Notes: generated by a model not told the origin, from the sequence alone. Shown: positions 9,394 through 18,988, numbered from the stretch's first letter. The stretch: 37,602 nt of DNA from Alphaproteobacteria bacterium (GCA_947488045.1 CANLAL010000001.1:1-37602); one strand, 5' to 3'. A program made the numbers and translations.

Positions 9394-9756
9394 CTAATAA
9401 CTGCTTATCCCTGCATCTCCAGGCAAACTATTCATGCCCCCCATCACTTGGGAAAATACTCCCCCCGTTGGAGGCTCGGGATCAGTATCATTTTTACGCG
9501 TAAAAAAAGATGAATATGTGCCTGGTTTCATTTGATAGTCACGATACAATTCCTGTATTTTTTTAAAGAGAGGCGCCAATATATAAAAAAGATTATCCTT
9601 CCCCCCCAAGCCCAGTCTTGATTGGCTGACCGCAAGCTCACTTGAAAGAGCAGAGTGAAGCCGTTGCAGATCAAAACCTATCGCCGCTATTTCTGTTTCA
9701 GACCCTAAAAGCTGAACCAAATGATGTATCACTTCTTGCCAATTTTCTTCCTGCAA
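9394..9756 (-). CDS. hypothetical protein; probably the C-terminal part of a frame-disrupted gene together with 9729..10136
   Basis: The 120-aa frame opens only 8 codons upstream of a TTG and has no ATG until residue 75. It overlaps the upstream ORF by 28 nt. See the finding on the A5 run at 9773-9777. Confidence 0.4.
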   Translation of the reverse strand: MQEENWQEVIHHLVQLLGSETEIAAIGFDLQRLHSALSSELAVSQSRLGLGGKDNLFYILAPLFKKIQELYRDYQMKPGTYSSFFTRKNDTDPEPPTGGVFSQVMGGMNSLPGDAGISSY

Positions 9757-10136
9757 AGCATGGTTGAGCGAGAAAAATGCCTACGAAGGCCCGCCCTGCA
9801 ACCTACCTTAACAGCCGCTTGCATTTCACTTTCAATTTGCTCTTGCAACCCCTCTTCAGTTTCCATTCCATCCCGAATCATCACAGCCAAGGCTCTGCGA
9901 ATTAGTAAGGAACACCAGCGCAAATCTGCTCTCACAGGAATATTTAATTCGAGAGTTGATAAATAACTTTCATAGGGAGTATCGCCGAATAACTCATTCA
10001 AAAGCCCATGCCCAAAATGAGCGAAAGTTTCACCTGTCTCATCATCTGTATATAGTGTGGGATTCAACCACCCATCAGAAAAAGATTGTTTTCCGCCAAG
10101 AATTGAGCAGGCGTAGAAAGATGGTTTAGATGCCAT
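9729..10136 (-). CDS. hypothetical protein without signal peptide; possible N-terminal part of a split gene
   Basis: 135-aa ORF whose ATG is immediately preceded by an in-frame TGA. The last ~25 aa (RRHFSRSTMLCRKKIGKK) look out of frame. Confidence 0.45.
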   Translation of the reverse strand: MASKPSFYACSILGGKQSFSDGWLNPTLYTDDETGETFAHFGHGLLNELFGDTPYESYLSTLELNIPVRADLRWCSLLIRRALAVMIRDGMETEEGLQEQIESEMQAAVKVGCRAGLRRHFSRSTMLCRKKIGKK

Positions 10137-10279
10137 TCAATGAACGATATATCATTGGTAAGCGGGAGGCTTGGCTCGTGACCTAAAGGAACAGTAGAGT
10201 CTAACTCAATGGATGCGACAGCCTCACTTATAACGCTCTCATCCGGATCATCTGACCGCGCTTCATGTAATTGAGCGAG

Positions 10280-10678
10280 CTAATCATTTCTTTCAGCTGC
10301 CATTGCCCTGCGGATTTCAACCTTATTTTCTGCATATACTGCATTAGTACGAGTATGCAATATTTGAGTGGGGCTTACGTTAGAACACGCAGGAACCCTA
10401 GGCGCTCGAGGAGCGCCACCACCTTCCTCCTGTCCGTTTCTTTTATGCCATTCACGAACACGTTGGCGCCATTCTTCAGACGGAACCAAACCCGCATGAT
10501 GTGCATTCCAATCTGCGATCTCCTGATATTTTCTACCCGCAATGCCATATGTGTTATACGTTGGAGGTTTTGGAGGATCACTTTCCATCTGCGCCTCAGA
10601 TGAGAATGATCCACAGATCATCAATAAACAGCAGAATTTTTTTAAGAAATAAGCGGTCATTCGGTCTTTCATGCTCAT
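10280..10678 (-). CDS. small secreted orphan protein
   Basis: 132 aa with a signal peptide (MTAYFLKKFCCLLMICGSFSSEA) and a W/R/E-rich mature region. I recognise no family. The opposite-strand ORF 10271..10603 looks like a shadow. Confidence 0.5.
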   Translation of the reverse strand: MSMKDRMTAYFLKKFCCLLMICGSFSSEAQMESDPPKPPTYNTYGIAGRKYQEIADWNAHHAGLVPSEEWRQRVREWHKRNGQEEGGGAPRAPRVPACSNVSPTQILHTRTNAVYAENKVEIRRAMAAERND

Positions 10679-10751
10679 TTCTCCAAGATTTATTGCACAT
10701 GGTTAAGCATGTAAGACTATTCTTAACAGCACGTTAAAATAAAAATGACAA

Positions 10752-11135
10752 CTATTCGCTTGATCTTTCTTCCGCAATCATGGCCACAACTCGATTAAGC
10801 CGCCGCTCTGTACGCGTCAATTCCTGTTGAATTTTATCTAATCGCATTTTCTTATCGTATTGGATCCTTCGGGAAGGTGCAGTTTGTGCTTTTAACGTTC
10901 TAACAAATTCCATTTCCAACCTCTTCTTTTTTTCTAACAGCTGTGTACTTTCCTCTAAAAGCCTTAAATACTCTTGGCTTTGCAAGCTGTGCAAGTGGCT
11001 CCGGCATAGCCAACAGGTTACGGATACTCTCATTTCTTGGAGTATAACTCCATCGCTTTCTCTGCACCTTGAGAGGAGCGCTTCCAGTACACCCTGCCTG
11101 CTCTTCTGCCTGAGCACACGCACCTGACATCCCAT
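10752..11135 (-). CDS. coiled-coil ORF overlapping 10900..11550 in another frame; either the 3' part of a frameshifted gene or a short gene starting at ATG 10913
   Basis: The C-terminal 80 aa are strongly coiled-coil-like (LQSQEYLRLLEESTQLLEKKKRLEMEFVRTLKAQ...ELTRTERRLNRVVAMIAEERSSE). An internal ATG at 10911-10913 is preceded by AAGAGG-N6. Confidence 0.35.
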   Translation of the reverse strand: MGCQVRVLRQKSRQGVLEALLSRCRESDGVILQEMRVSVTCWLCRSHLHSLQSQEYLRLLEESTQLLEKKKRLEMEFVRTLKAQTAPSRRIQYDKKMRLDKIQQELTRTERRLNRVVAMIAEERSSE

Positions 11136-11550
11136 CCTCTTGTTGTTTCTCTAAAGGTAACTGCCCTAAGGTCGACTGCTTTGCCCTCGCCTCTGCTAAT
11201 GACTGACGATAATATGCTTCAGCTTGAACTCTAGGCCTTCCTACTACAATCTCCCATAAACTCAATCTTTCAGCCTCATGGAGCCCTGTTGCTCTTTCTT
11301 CAAATTTTTTTTGAGCAGACTCTAAATCACACCTAACCGCACTGAACAACCTCTCTTTAATGTCAAGCTCGTCCATATGGGGCCTCATTAGAGTCCCCAC
11401 TCTTGCAGCATGTTGATAGTCGATGCCAGAACTTTGACTAAGAAAACTTGGCTGTGCAGAACATATTGTTGTTTGAATTGCTGCAATGGGGAGAAACCAC
11501 TTAGCCTTTAAAATATTGCTTGTCATTGGCTTATCCTTTCCTTTTGGCAC
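10900..11550 (-). CDS. secreted coiled-coil orphan protein
   Basis: 216 aa. A signal-like segment (MTSNILKAKWFLPIAAIQTTICSAQ) is followed by a helical E/R/A/Q-rich region. The last ~75 aa overlap a second open frame. Confidence 0.5.
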   Translation of the reverse strand: MPKGKDKPMTSNILKAKWFLPIAAIQTTICSAQPSFLSQSSGIDYQHAARVGTLMRPHMDELDIKERLFSAVRCDLESAQKKFEERATGLHEAERLSLWEIVVGRPRVQAEAYYRQSLAEARAKQSTLGQLPLEKQQEDGMSGACAQAEEQAGCTGSAPLKVQRKRWSYTPRNESIRNLLAMPEPLAQLAKPRVFKAFRGKYTAVRKKEEVGNGIC

Positions 11551-11940
11551 ACATTTTCACCCAGACACAAATTTACTTTGTTTTAAGAGAAAAGTTTAAT
11601 CACACCCAATTATTGGGATTTCTGCTACCGCTGGATATCTAGGCAAATTATTTTTAAAAGTACATGCTAGGTAATTTTTCTCATCTCTCATTCATTGATT
11701 AATTTATGCATTGTGGTCTGTTATGAGAGGAGCTCTAAACTTAATGAAAAATGTGTGTTTGATTTGCTTTTTGTTGGGCGCTTTTATAGCCCCTGCTGTT
11801 GCTTAGTGTTATATAAACTTTAACTTGAAGCACAGCAATGCTTCGCTCAATGTTTTATTTAACTTGAACTTTAATGTAATTTTATAGTTCAACGCTTAAT
11901 ATATGGTTAATTACTTGTCATTTATGGGCATCCAATCCTA

Positions 11941-12735
11941 TCATATGTATAAGCTAACTCCTATCAAGAGTATTCCCAACACCACGCGATAGAGTGCAAA
12001 TGGTAATAAGCTTATCCTTTTAAAGAGTGGCATTATCACGCTGATTGCAACCAAACCAATGATTGCAGAGAGGCTTGCAACCAGAATGAAATGAGGCGTA
12101 AAAAGAACTTCACCAAATTTTTTGGCTTTGAAGAAAATTAATATTCCAGCTGCTGCAGTCACAGGCAATGACATCAGAAATGAAAAGTGGAAGGCTTCGT
12201 CTCGAGCAAAGCCTAGTATTCTTGCCATACTCACTGTTGTGCCAGATCGACTTGCTCCTGGAATTAACGCACAAACTTGCGCACATCCGATAAGAAAAGC
12301 TTGCAAAACAGTCATTTGATCTCTTTTGAATTTTTCTGGCTGAACTCGATCTACATACCCCATCGCCGCCCCAAAAATCAGGCTCGCTAAACCAATAATA
12401 AAAAGTGAAGGGCCCATTTCTACGCCACGCCCACTCCACAATCCACCCACTACTATGGTAGGGATTGTGGCCACGACAATCAAAACTAGTTCTTTTGGAT
12501 ATTTCCTTAAAGTCACTAATTCTTTGATTTCATAAATAAAATTAACCACATCTTTTCGAAAGTAGAGCATAACTGCGCAAAACGTCCCCATATGAGCAGC
12601 CATGTCCATTGTTATCCCCTGGTCATGCCAACCTGTCAGCAAGGGGAGTAACATTAAGTGGCCACTTGAACTAATCGGTAAAAACTCAGTAATTCCTTGT
12701 ATAAGAGATACTATAACCAATTGTATGGTGGACAT
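11941..12735 (-). CDS. uppP: undecaprenyl-diphosphate phosphatase
   Basis: 264-aa polytopic membrane protein carrying the BacA/UppP motifs LPISSSGHL and PGASRSGTT. Confidence 0.93.
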   Translation of the reverse strand: MSTIQLVIVSLIQGITEFLPISSSGHLMLLPLLTGWHDQGITMDMAAHMGTFCAVMLYFRKDVVNFIYEIKELVTLRKYPKELVLIVVATIPTIVVGGLWSGRGVEMGPSLFIIGLASLIFGAAMGYVDRVQPEKFKRDQMTVLQAFLIGCAQVCALIPGASRSGTTVSMARILGFARDEAFHFSFLMSLPVTAAAGILIFFKAKKFGEVLFTPHFILVASLSAIIGLVAISVIMPLFKRISLLPFALYRVVLGILLIGVSLYI

Positions 12736-12849
12736 GGTGGCTTCCTCTTCTTATAATGAGGGACGCTCGTCCCTTTGCAAAAAAAATGTTATTGTCATGA
12801 CAAATCCATAAGGTATGTTTGTCAAGATATTATAGGTCACACATAAACA

Positions 12850-13518
12850 ATGAGAACTCTCTACCATACATGGCTTTGCCCCTTTTCAAGAAAAATCCGC
12901 CTACAACTTGCGGAGAAAAAGCTCGATTTTACTCTAACTTTTGAAAAAATTTGGGAAAAGCGGCCCGCATTTCTTGAAATGAATCCTACGGGTCAAACGC
13001 CTGTTCTAGTGGATTTAGATGGGACTGTTGTTGTGGGAAGCATTCCCATAGGGGAATACATTGAGGAAGCTTATCCTCAGCATCCTCTCATGAGCTCTGG
13101 GCCTGCTGAGCGGGCTGAAGCCAGACGTCTCATCTGTTGGTTTGAGGATAAGTTTTATCATGAGGTCACTCATAATCTTGTATTTCAAAAAACCATCAAA
13201 CGCCATATTGAGAAAGTCGGACCTGATTCTAACCTGATTCGAGAGGGCCAAACCCGCATCCATGACCATTTAGAATATATTTGCTATCTCACAGACCACC
13301 GTAAATGGCTGGCAGGAGAAAGTATTAGCCTTGCAGATATTACTGCGGCAGCACAGCTTTCTGCCATTGATTATCTTGGGGACGTTCCCTGGAGCAAACA
13401 TATCCTCGCCAAAGATTGGTATGCACGCATTAAATCGCGCCCATCCTTTCGATCCTTATTACAAGATCGATACCCTGCCCTTACACCTGCAAGCCATTAT
13501 CATGACCTCGATTTTTAA
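12850..13518 (+). CDS. glutathione S-transferase family protein
   Basis: 222 aa. It has an N-terminal thioredoxin-like GST fold with a CPFS active-site-like motif (LYHTWLCPFSRKIRL), plus QTPVL and a C-terminal helical domain. Confidence 0.8.
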   Translation: MRTLYHTWLCPFSRKIRLQLAEKKLDFTLTFEKIWEKRPAFLEMNPTGQTPVLVDLDGTVVVGSIPIGEYIEEAYPQHPLMSSGPAERAEARRLICWFEDKFYHEVTHNLVFQKTIKRHIEKVGPDSNLIREGQTRIHDHLEYICYLTDHRKWLAGESISLADITAAAQLSAIDYLGDVPWSKHILAKDWYARIKSRPSFRSLLQDRYPALTPASHYHDLDF

Positions 13519-14374
13519 AACAGGCTCACTATTTTGTTTCGGCTTAGGCTACGTAGCGCAGCATCTATTTGCCACATTAAATCAAGAGGGCATAAGGACC
13601 CAAGGCACACACCGTATTGGGCCCTTAGGATTTGACGGGAACTCTAGGAATTCTCAATTAATTCCTGCGATCCAAGAAGCTTCTCACATCCTTATCTCAA
13701 TTCCTCCTAATGATGATGGAGATCAGGTATTGGCACACTACGCTGACGTTTTAAGGGAGGCCACACCTTCATGGATTGGCTATTTATCCAGCACCAGCAT
13801 TTATGGAGATCATCAAGGCGCATGGGTTGATGAAACAAGCCATTGCCATCCTACATCTCCAAATGGCAAGGCACGCTTAATTGCAGAACAACAGTGGATT
13901 GAAAGCTTTCACTCAGTGGGGCTGCCTATCCATATTTTCCGGCTTTCCGGTATTTATGGGTTAGGCCGCAGTGTTTTTGACACGCTAAAGAATGGCACAG
14001 CACAAAACATTATCAAACAAAATCATGTTTTTTCTCGTATTCATGTGGATGATATTGTCAAAACACTTCTAACTAGCATAGAAAATCCTATGCCAGGTGA
14101 AATTTACAATGTAAGCGATGATTTGCCTGCTTCCAGCAGCGATGTTCTGTCCTATGCTTGCCAAATCAGCGGCCTTCCCTGCCCTGAACCCGTTGCTTTT
14201 GAAAAGGCCATATTGAGCCCCATGGGAAAAGGATTTTATAAAGATCACAAAAGAGTTAGCAATCACAAAGTCAAAGAAAAGCTAGGGCTAACTCTCGCAT
14301 ACCCTAGCTATAGAGAAGGATTACAGAGTATTCTTACAAGCAAATTGGCTTTGAAAGCAGACAGCTTTAAATAA
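13502..14374 (+). CDS. NAD(P)-dependent epimerase/dehydratase family (SDR) protein
   Basis: The track ORF starts at 13331 inside the GST gene. The plausible start is ATG 13502 (MTSIFKTGSLFCFGLGYVAQHL, a Rossmann GxGxxA). The motifs SSTSIYGD and RLSGIYGLGR are typical of this family. It overlaps the GST stop by 17 nt. Confidence 0.75.
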   Translation: MTSIFKTGSLFCFGLGYVAQHLFATLNQEGIRTQGTHRIGPLGFDGNSRNSQLIPAIQEASHILISIPPNDDGDQVLAHYADVLREATPSWIGYLSSTSIYGDHQGAWVDETSHCHPTSPNGKARLIAEQQWIESFHSVGLPIHIFRLSGIYGLGRSVFDTLKNGTAQNIIKQNHVFSRIHVDDIVKTLLTSIENPMPGEIYNVSDDLPASSSDVLSYACQISGLPCPEPVAFEKAILSPMGKGFYKDHKRVSNHKVKEKLGLTLAYPSYREGLQSILTSKLALKADSFK

Positions 14375-14400
14375 TAACTTTCCTGCTGAAAATAAACTCA

Positions 14401-15609
14401 TCACAGAAAGACGTGCAAGCCAACGCCTAGATAACGAAGGGGCTGACTATAAAACTGCCCATGCATTGACCGACCTTGATAAAACTCAAGCATCAGTTGA
14501 GTGACGTGCCTATTGAAGTGTTCATTTTCAAGCTGCACGCCCACTTTCATAGAAGTGTTTGGCCGCCAAGCTGCTTGTTCAGGGAAGGTGAGATCGATCC
14601 CCCCCACAGGCCTCAGTTGATCATGCCAGTAAGCATGTTTATGACGATACTCTAATCCACACTGGGCGTGTGCACGCTTAATATCTGTCGGCTCGGCATG
14701 TACTTTATAACCACCTCCGCCATAGAGGCGGACACCATTCGGCTGCTCATGGGAAATCAAATAAGAGAGTGTTTCATAACTCAAATTGACTCTCTTTGTT
14801 TTTTTTCCCTCAGGAGTGAGCATAAATTCATCTCCCAAGTGAGAACTTAAGTGGAAAACACGAATCATGTGAGCCCAAGAACCGTTAGTAAGTGCAGCAA
14901 AAGCCCCTCCCACATAATCTGCATTAATAAGCGCTGAAGGAGAACGTCCGATATCCATTACGGCAAAGAGTGCTGCTTGAACACCAATCTCTATCTGTAT
15001 GTCGTTATTTAACGTATGACGATAAAAAGGAAGTGTTGCACCAAAATTTGGAGAGAACACGTGAGTCGCTAAGGGACTCGTAAACAAATTATGATAAGCA
15101 AGAGAGAAACGAGGCCAGCGGGGATCAGCCAATAATGGTTTAAATATACTGGGTGATATCATAAACCCATCAGTAAATTTGTTTGTACCTAAGGGATCTA
15201 CAGTAACGTTTGGTTTAGAAGATGCCGGGACAATCGCTACGCTTTCTAAGGAAATCTCTGGCTTTTCAGCCCCTGAAATAGGCTGGGAAGCGTCCGCACG
15301 AAGCATTGAATGAACAGGCAAAAAAACGACGTGATTAACCCCACGGATTTCTTTTAATGCCTTCATAAATTTTTCACGCGTTGCAGATGAAGGTCCCTGC
15401 TTCGGTAAATATGGCGTAAGATAAACTGTATTGTTTTTTACAGAAAGCGCATAAGGGGTTGGGCTATAATGCATTTCCATCACGGCCTGGGCATATCCTT
15501 CTATATATGCGTCTTCTCGCTTGATAGAAGCTCCCTGTAAAATACTGTTAAAAGACCCCTGAAAAAGCAGCACAAGAACAATAGTTCTAGCAGAGATTTT
15601 TTTTAACAT
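14401..15609 (-). CDS. secreted/outer-membrane protein, DUF1207-like C-terminal domain
   Basis: About 402 aa from ATG 15609 (the track uses GTG 15624). It has a signal peptide (MLKKISARTIVLVLLFQGSFNSILQGA). The motifs FKPLLADPRWPRFSLAY and HLSSHLGDE, the ~400-aa length and the C-terminal aromatic residues resemble my memory of Pfam DUF1207. This is a family of ~410-aa proteins from Chlamydia and other intracellular bacteria. Not verified. Confidence 0.6.
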   Translation of the reverse strand: MLKKISARTIVLVLLFQGSFNSILQGASIKREDAYIEGYAQAVMEMHYSPTPYALSVKNNTVYLTPYLPKQGPSSATREKFMKALKEIRGVNHVVFLPVHSMLRADASQPISGAEKPEISLESVAIVPASSKPNVTVDPLGTNKFTDGFMISPSIFKPLLADPRWPRFSLAYHNLFTSPLATHVFSPNFGATLPFYRHTLNNDIQIEIGVQAALFAVMDIGRSPSALINADYVGGAFAALTNGSWAHMIRVFHLSSHLGDEFMLTPEGKKTKRVNLSYETLSYLISHEQPNGVRLYGGGGYKVHAEPTDIKRAHAQCGLEYRHKHAYWHDQLRPVGGIDLTFPEQAAWRPNTSMKVGVQLENEHFNRHVTQLMLEFYQGRSMHGQFYSQPLRYLGVGLHVFL

Positions 15610-16069
15610 GAACAGCAACCCCACTGTATAACTCCCCTACAAATGAGTTATTTTAAATATTTATAATAAAAATTTTTCATAACATTGAAGCTTTAACACA
15701 CTTCTTTGTGTGGATAAAATTTTAAACTACATATTTACTACTCATTGTAAAAATTTATTTCAATCACTAAAATATTGGGCTCGCATTTTAATCTTTAACT
15801 AAGGGTGAACTTGGGACTCCTCAAATTTTGAGATTAAACATTCTGGTGAAACACCTTTTTAACTTTGAGCAGCATGATACACTCAAATTCACTTTGTATA
15901 AACAAAACGGAAAAGCAAAAACGCTTCACCTGTCAAACTGAATATTGCCTTTATTGCAAAAGAAAGATTTTAATCCATTGAATTAATTTACTTTTATAGC
16001 GCTTTAAAAAAATATATTGCTAAAAACCCCTTATGAAACCTATCATGCCCCACGATAGAGCCTTATGAA

Positions 16070-18442
16070 TTGGAGTTATTTGTGATCGGCATTAAGTCTG
16101 GAAGCCCTTGCCCACTGTTACCACTACGTGACATTGTGATTTTTCCACATATGGTTGTTCCCTTGTTTATAGGCCGGGAAAAGTCCATTCGTGCATTAGA
16201 AGAGGTTTTAAAAGAAGATAAGCGTATTTTCCTTGTCACTCAAAAAACCCAAGCAGAGGAAAACCCATCCCCAAGCGACATTTATTCCGTTGGTACCATC
16301 GGGACTGTTCTACAGATTCTGAAACTACCTGACGGAACCGTAAAAGTCCTTGTGGAAGGAGGGCCAAGGGCCCGCATTCTTCAATACGTAGATAATGCCT
16401 CATTTCATCAAGTCTATGCTGAGGAGCTCCAAGAAACCATTGCCCCCTCACAAGAGCTGGAGGCTTTATCTCGTACAGTCATTTCTCAATTTGACCAATA
16501 TGTAAAACTTAACAAAAAAATTCCTCCTGAAGTCATTTCCGCGCTGTCCCAGATCGAGGAATATAGTCGCATTGCAGACACCATTGCGTCTCACCTCACA
16601 TTAAAACAGACTGAAAAACAACAGCTTCTTGAAATTGCAGATGTGAAGGCCCGTTTAGAAAAAGTATACTCCTTCATGGAAGTAGAAATTAGCGTCCTCC
16701 ATGTGGAAAAGCGCATACGCAACCGTGTTAAAAAGCAAATGGAAAAGACCCAACGAGAGTACTATTTGAATGAGCAAATGAAAGCTATTCAAAAGGAACT
16801 CGGCGAAGGTGACGAGGGAAAAGACGAAATCACTGAGCTTGAAGAGCGGGTCAAAAAGACAAAACTCAGCAACGAAGCGAAAGAGAAGGCATTCGCAGAA
16901 CTCAAGAAGCTTCGTTCTATGAATTCAATGGCAGCGGAAGCCACAGTAGCTCGTAATTACTTGGACTGGCTAATCTCGATTCCATGGAAGAAAAGATCCA
17001 AGATTAAACGTGACCTGGACCACGCAAAAGAAATTCTTGATGCCGATCATTACGGCCTTGAAAAGGTTAAGGAGCGCATATTAGAGCATCTAGCCGTGCA
17101 AAATCGTGTGGGAAAACTCAAAGGCCCCATTATTTGCTTAGTCGGCCCACCTGGTGTAGGCAAAACATCTCTGGGGAAATCCATTGCAAAAGCAACAGGA
17201 CGTAATTTTGTGCGGCTTTCTTTAGGGGGCGTTAGAGATGAGGCAGAAATTCGTGGACATCGGCGCACTTACGTGGGATCTATGCCAGGAAAAATCATTC
17301 AAGGAATGAAAAAGGCAAAAACGTCTAATCCACTCTTTTTGCTCGATGAGATTGATAAATTGGGTTCAGATTTGCGTGGAGACCCTGCCTCATCTCTTCT
17401 AGAAATTCTAGATCCTGAACAAAATATCGCCTTCAATGATCATTACCTTGAAGTGGATTATGACTTATCAGATGTCATGTTTGTAACTACAGCCAACAGC
17501 CTTAACATGCCACAGCCATTGCTAGACCGCATGGAAGTTGTACGTATTTCAGGATATACAGAAGCAGAAAAGCTTCAAATTGCAAAACAATATCTTATTC
17601 CTAAACACCGTGATTCTCACGGACTGAAAGAATCAGAATGGGGATTGTCGGATGAAGCTGTCTACACGCTTATCCGCAGCTATACAAGAGAAGCGGGCGT
17701 CAGAAGCTTGGAACGGGAAATTGCAAACTTAGCGCGCAAAGCCGTTAAAAAGCTGACTTCACCTGAAATTAAAACTGTCATGATTTCCAATGACAATTTG
17801 GAACAGCTAGCAGGCATCCCCCGTTTTCATCATGCATACGCTGAAGACCAAAACCAAGTGGGTGTAACAACTGGCCTAGCATGGACAGAAGCAGGTGGAG
17901 AGATCCTGATGATCGAAACTGCCATCTTACCTGGAAAAGGAAAAGTCCTCATTACAGGGAAATTGGGAGAAGTCATGCAAGAGTCAGCGCAGGCAGCTAT
18001 CAGTTTTATTCGCTCAAGAGCCCGAGTTTTCGGTATTGAAGACAATATCTTTGATAAGATTGATATTCACGTACATGTTCCAGAAGGCGCCACTCCTAAA
18101 GATGGTCCATCTGCGGGTATTACAATCTGTACATCTGTTGTTTCTGCACTCACCGGTATTCCAGTAAGACAAGACACAGCCATGACAGGGGAAATTACCT
18201 TGCGGGGTCGTGTCTTGATGATTGGCGGCTTAAAGGAAAAATTTCTTGCAGCGCATCGAGCGGGCATTAAACGAGTGATTATTCCAGAAGAAAACCTGAA
18301 AGACTTGGAAGAAGTCCCCAATGAAAGTAAAGAAGGCATTGAAATTCATACCGTTGTTAATGCGGAGACCGTACTTTCTCTGGCCCTGACGCACCCGCTG
18401 CAACCTTTAATCACACACCCAGCTGCTCCAGAAGGGAAATAG
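16070..18442 (+). CDS. lon: ATP-dependent endopeptidase Lon
   Basis: 790 aa with the Lon N-domain ([24 protein letters not shown]) and Walker [10 protein letters not shown]. The catalytic Ser is in [10 protein letters not shown] and the Lys in GGLKEK. The start is TTG 16070 or GTG 16082. Confidence 0.95.
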   Translation: MELFVIGIKSGSPCPLLPLRDIVIFPHMVVPLFIGREKSIRALEEVLKEDKRIFLVTQKTQAEENPSPSDIYSVGTIGTVLQILKLPDGTVKVLVEGGPRARILQYVDNASFHQVYAEELQETIAPSQELEALSRTVISQFDQYVKLNKKIPPEVISALSQIEEYSRIADTIASHLTLKQTEKQQLLEIADVKARLEKVYSFMEVEISVLHVEKRIRNRVKKQMEKTQREYYLNEQMKAIQKELGEGDEGKDEITELEERVKKTKLSNEAKEKAFAELKKLRSMNSMAAEATVARNYLDWLISIPWKKRSKIKRDLDHAKEILDADHYGLEKVKERILEHLAVQNRVGKLKGPIICLVGPPGVGKTSLGKSIAKATGRNFVRLSLGGVRDEAEIRGHRRTYVGSMPGKIIQGMKKAKTSNPLFLLDEIDKLGSDLRGDPASSLLEILDPEQNIAFNDHYLEVDYDLSDVMFVTTANSLNMPQPLLDRMEVVRISGYTEAEKLQIAKQYLIPKHRDSHGLKESEWGLSDEAVYTLIRSYTREAGVRSLEREIANLARKAVKKLTSPEIKTVMISNDNLEQLAGIPRFHHAYAEDQNQVGVTTGLAWTEAGGEILMIETAILPGKGKVLITGKLGEVMQESAQAAISFIRSRARVFGIEDNIFDKIDIHVHVPEGATPKDGPSAGITICTSVVSALTGIPVRQDTAMTGEITLRGRVLMIGGLKEKFLAAHRAGIKRVIIPEENLKDLEEVPNESKEGIEIHTVVNAETVLSLALTHPLQPLITHPAAPEGK

Positions 18443-18660
18443 GTTAAATTTTACCCTGAAGCCCAGGGTTCAAAAAAACGCAAGAGAAAAAACGCACAAA
18501 TTAGTGAATTTTTTTAGGGTTTCCACCATAAAAACATCGGTTTTTTCGTTGACGTGTGGGTTTTTTTAGCACTAACATAAGGTTCTCGGTATTTGTGGCC
18601 AAAAGTTTTTGCGGTCACAAGAACGGAGAATGGATAGGTTGGAAAGTTAGGAAGCAGACA

Positions 18661-18933
18661 GTGAACAAAAATGATCTTATTGCATCGGTGGCCGATAAGA
18701 CTGGGCTCACCAAAACGGATGCCGGAAAAGCAGTTGACGGCGTCTTCAAGTCAATCTCTGAATTCTTGAAAAAGAAAGAAGAAGTCAGATTGGTTAACTT
18801 TGGCACATTTTATGTCGCCAAACGCCCTGCGACTGAGGGCCGCAATCCACGCACGGGTGAAAAAATCAAGATCCCCGCGAAAAATCAACCAAAATTCCGC
18901 GCTGGAAAAGGTTTAACCGAATCCCTTGCGTAA
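18661..18933 (+). CDS. hup: DNA-binding protein HU
   Basis: The track ORF starts too early. GTG 18661 is preceded by AGGAAG and gives a 90-aa protein, (M)NKNDLIASVADKTGLTKTDAGKAVDGVF...GRNPRTGEKIKIPA. The lon-hup-tRNA-Val order is typical of Alphaproteobacteria. Confidence 0.9.
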   Translation: MNKNDLIASVADKTGLTKTDAGKAVDGVFKSISEFLKKKEEVRLVNFGTFYVAKRPATEGRNPRTGEKIKIPAKNQPKFRAGKGLTESLA

Positions 18934-18946
18934 TGTGAGTTGACTT

Positions 18947-18985
18947 AAACCCCAGAGTTGCTCTATAAGCAGATCTGGGGTTTTT
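18947..18985 (+). terminator. hairpin plus T5 downstream of hup (terminator-like; abuts the tRNA)
   Basis: aaaccccaga (18947-18956) pairs with tctggggttt (18974-18983) across a 17-nt loop. A ttttt run follows, ending at 18985. Confidence 0.55.
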
Positions 18986-18988
18986 CAT

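Noticed and set aside
15708-15716. Perfect DnaA box TGTGGATAA in the AT-rich region upstream of lon
   Set aside because: It is a single copy. A given 9-mer on either strand is expected about 0.3 times by chance in 37.6 kb, and no cluster of further boxes lies nearby.
16020-16069. Sigma-32-type heat-shock promoter for lon (CTTG-N17-CYTATNT or CTTGAAA..CCCCAT)
   Set aside because: CCCCTTATGA and CCCCACGAT look like -10 elements. I could not place a -35 element at an acceptable spacing, so I make no call.
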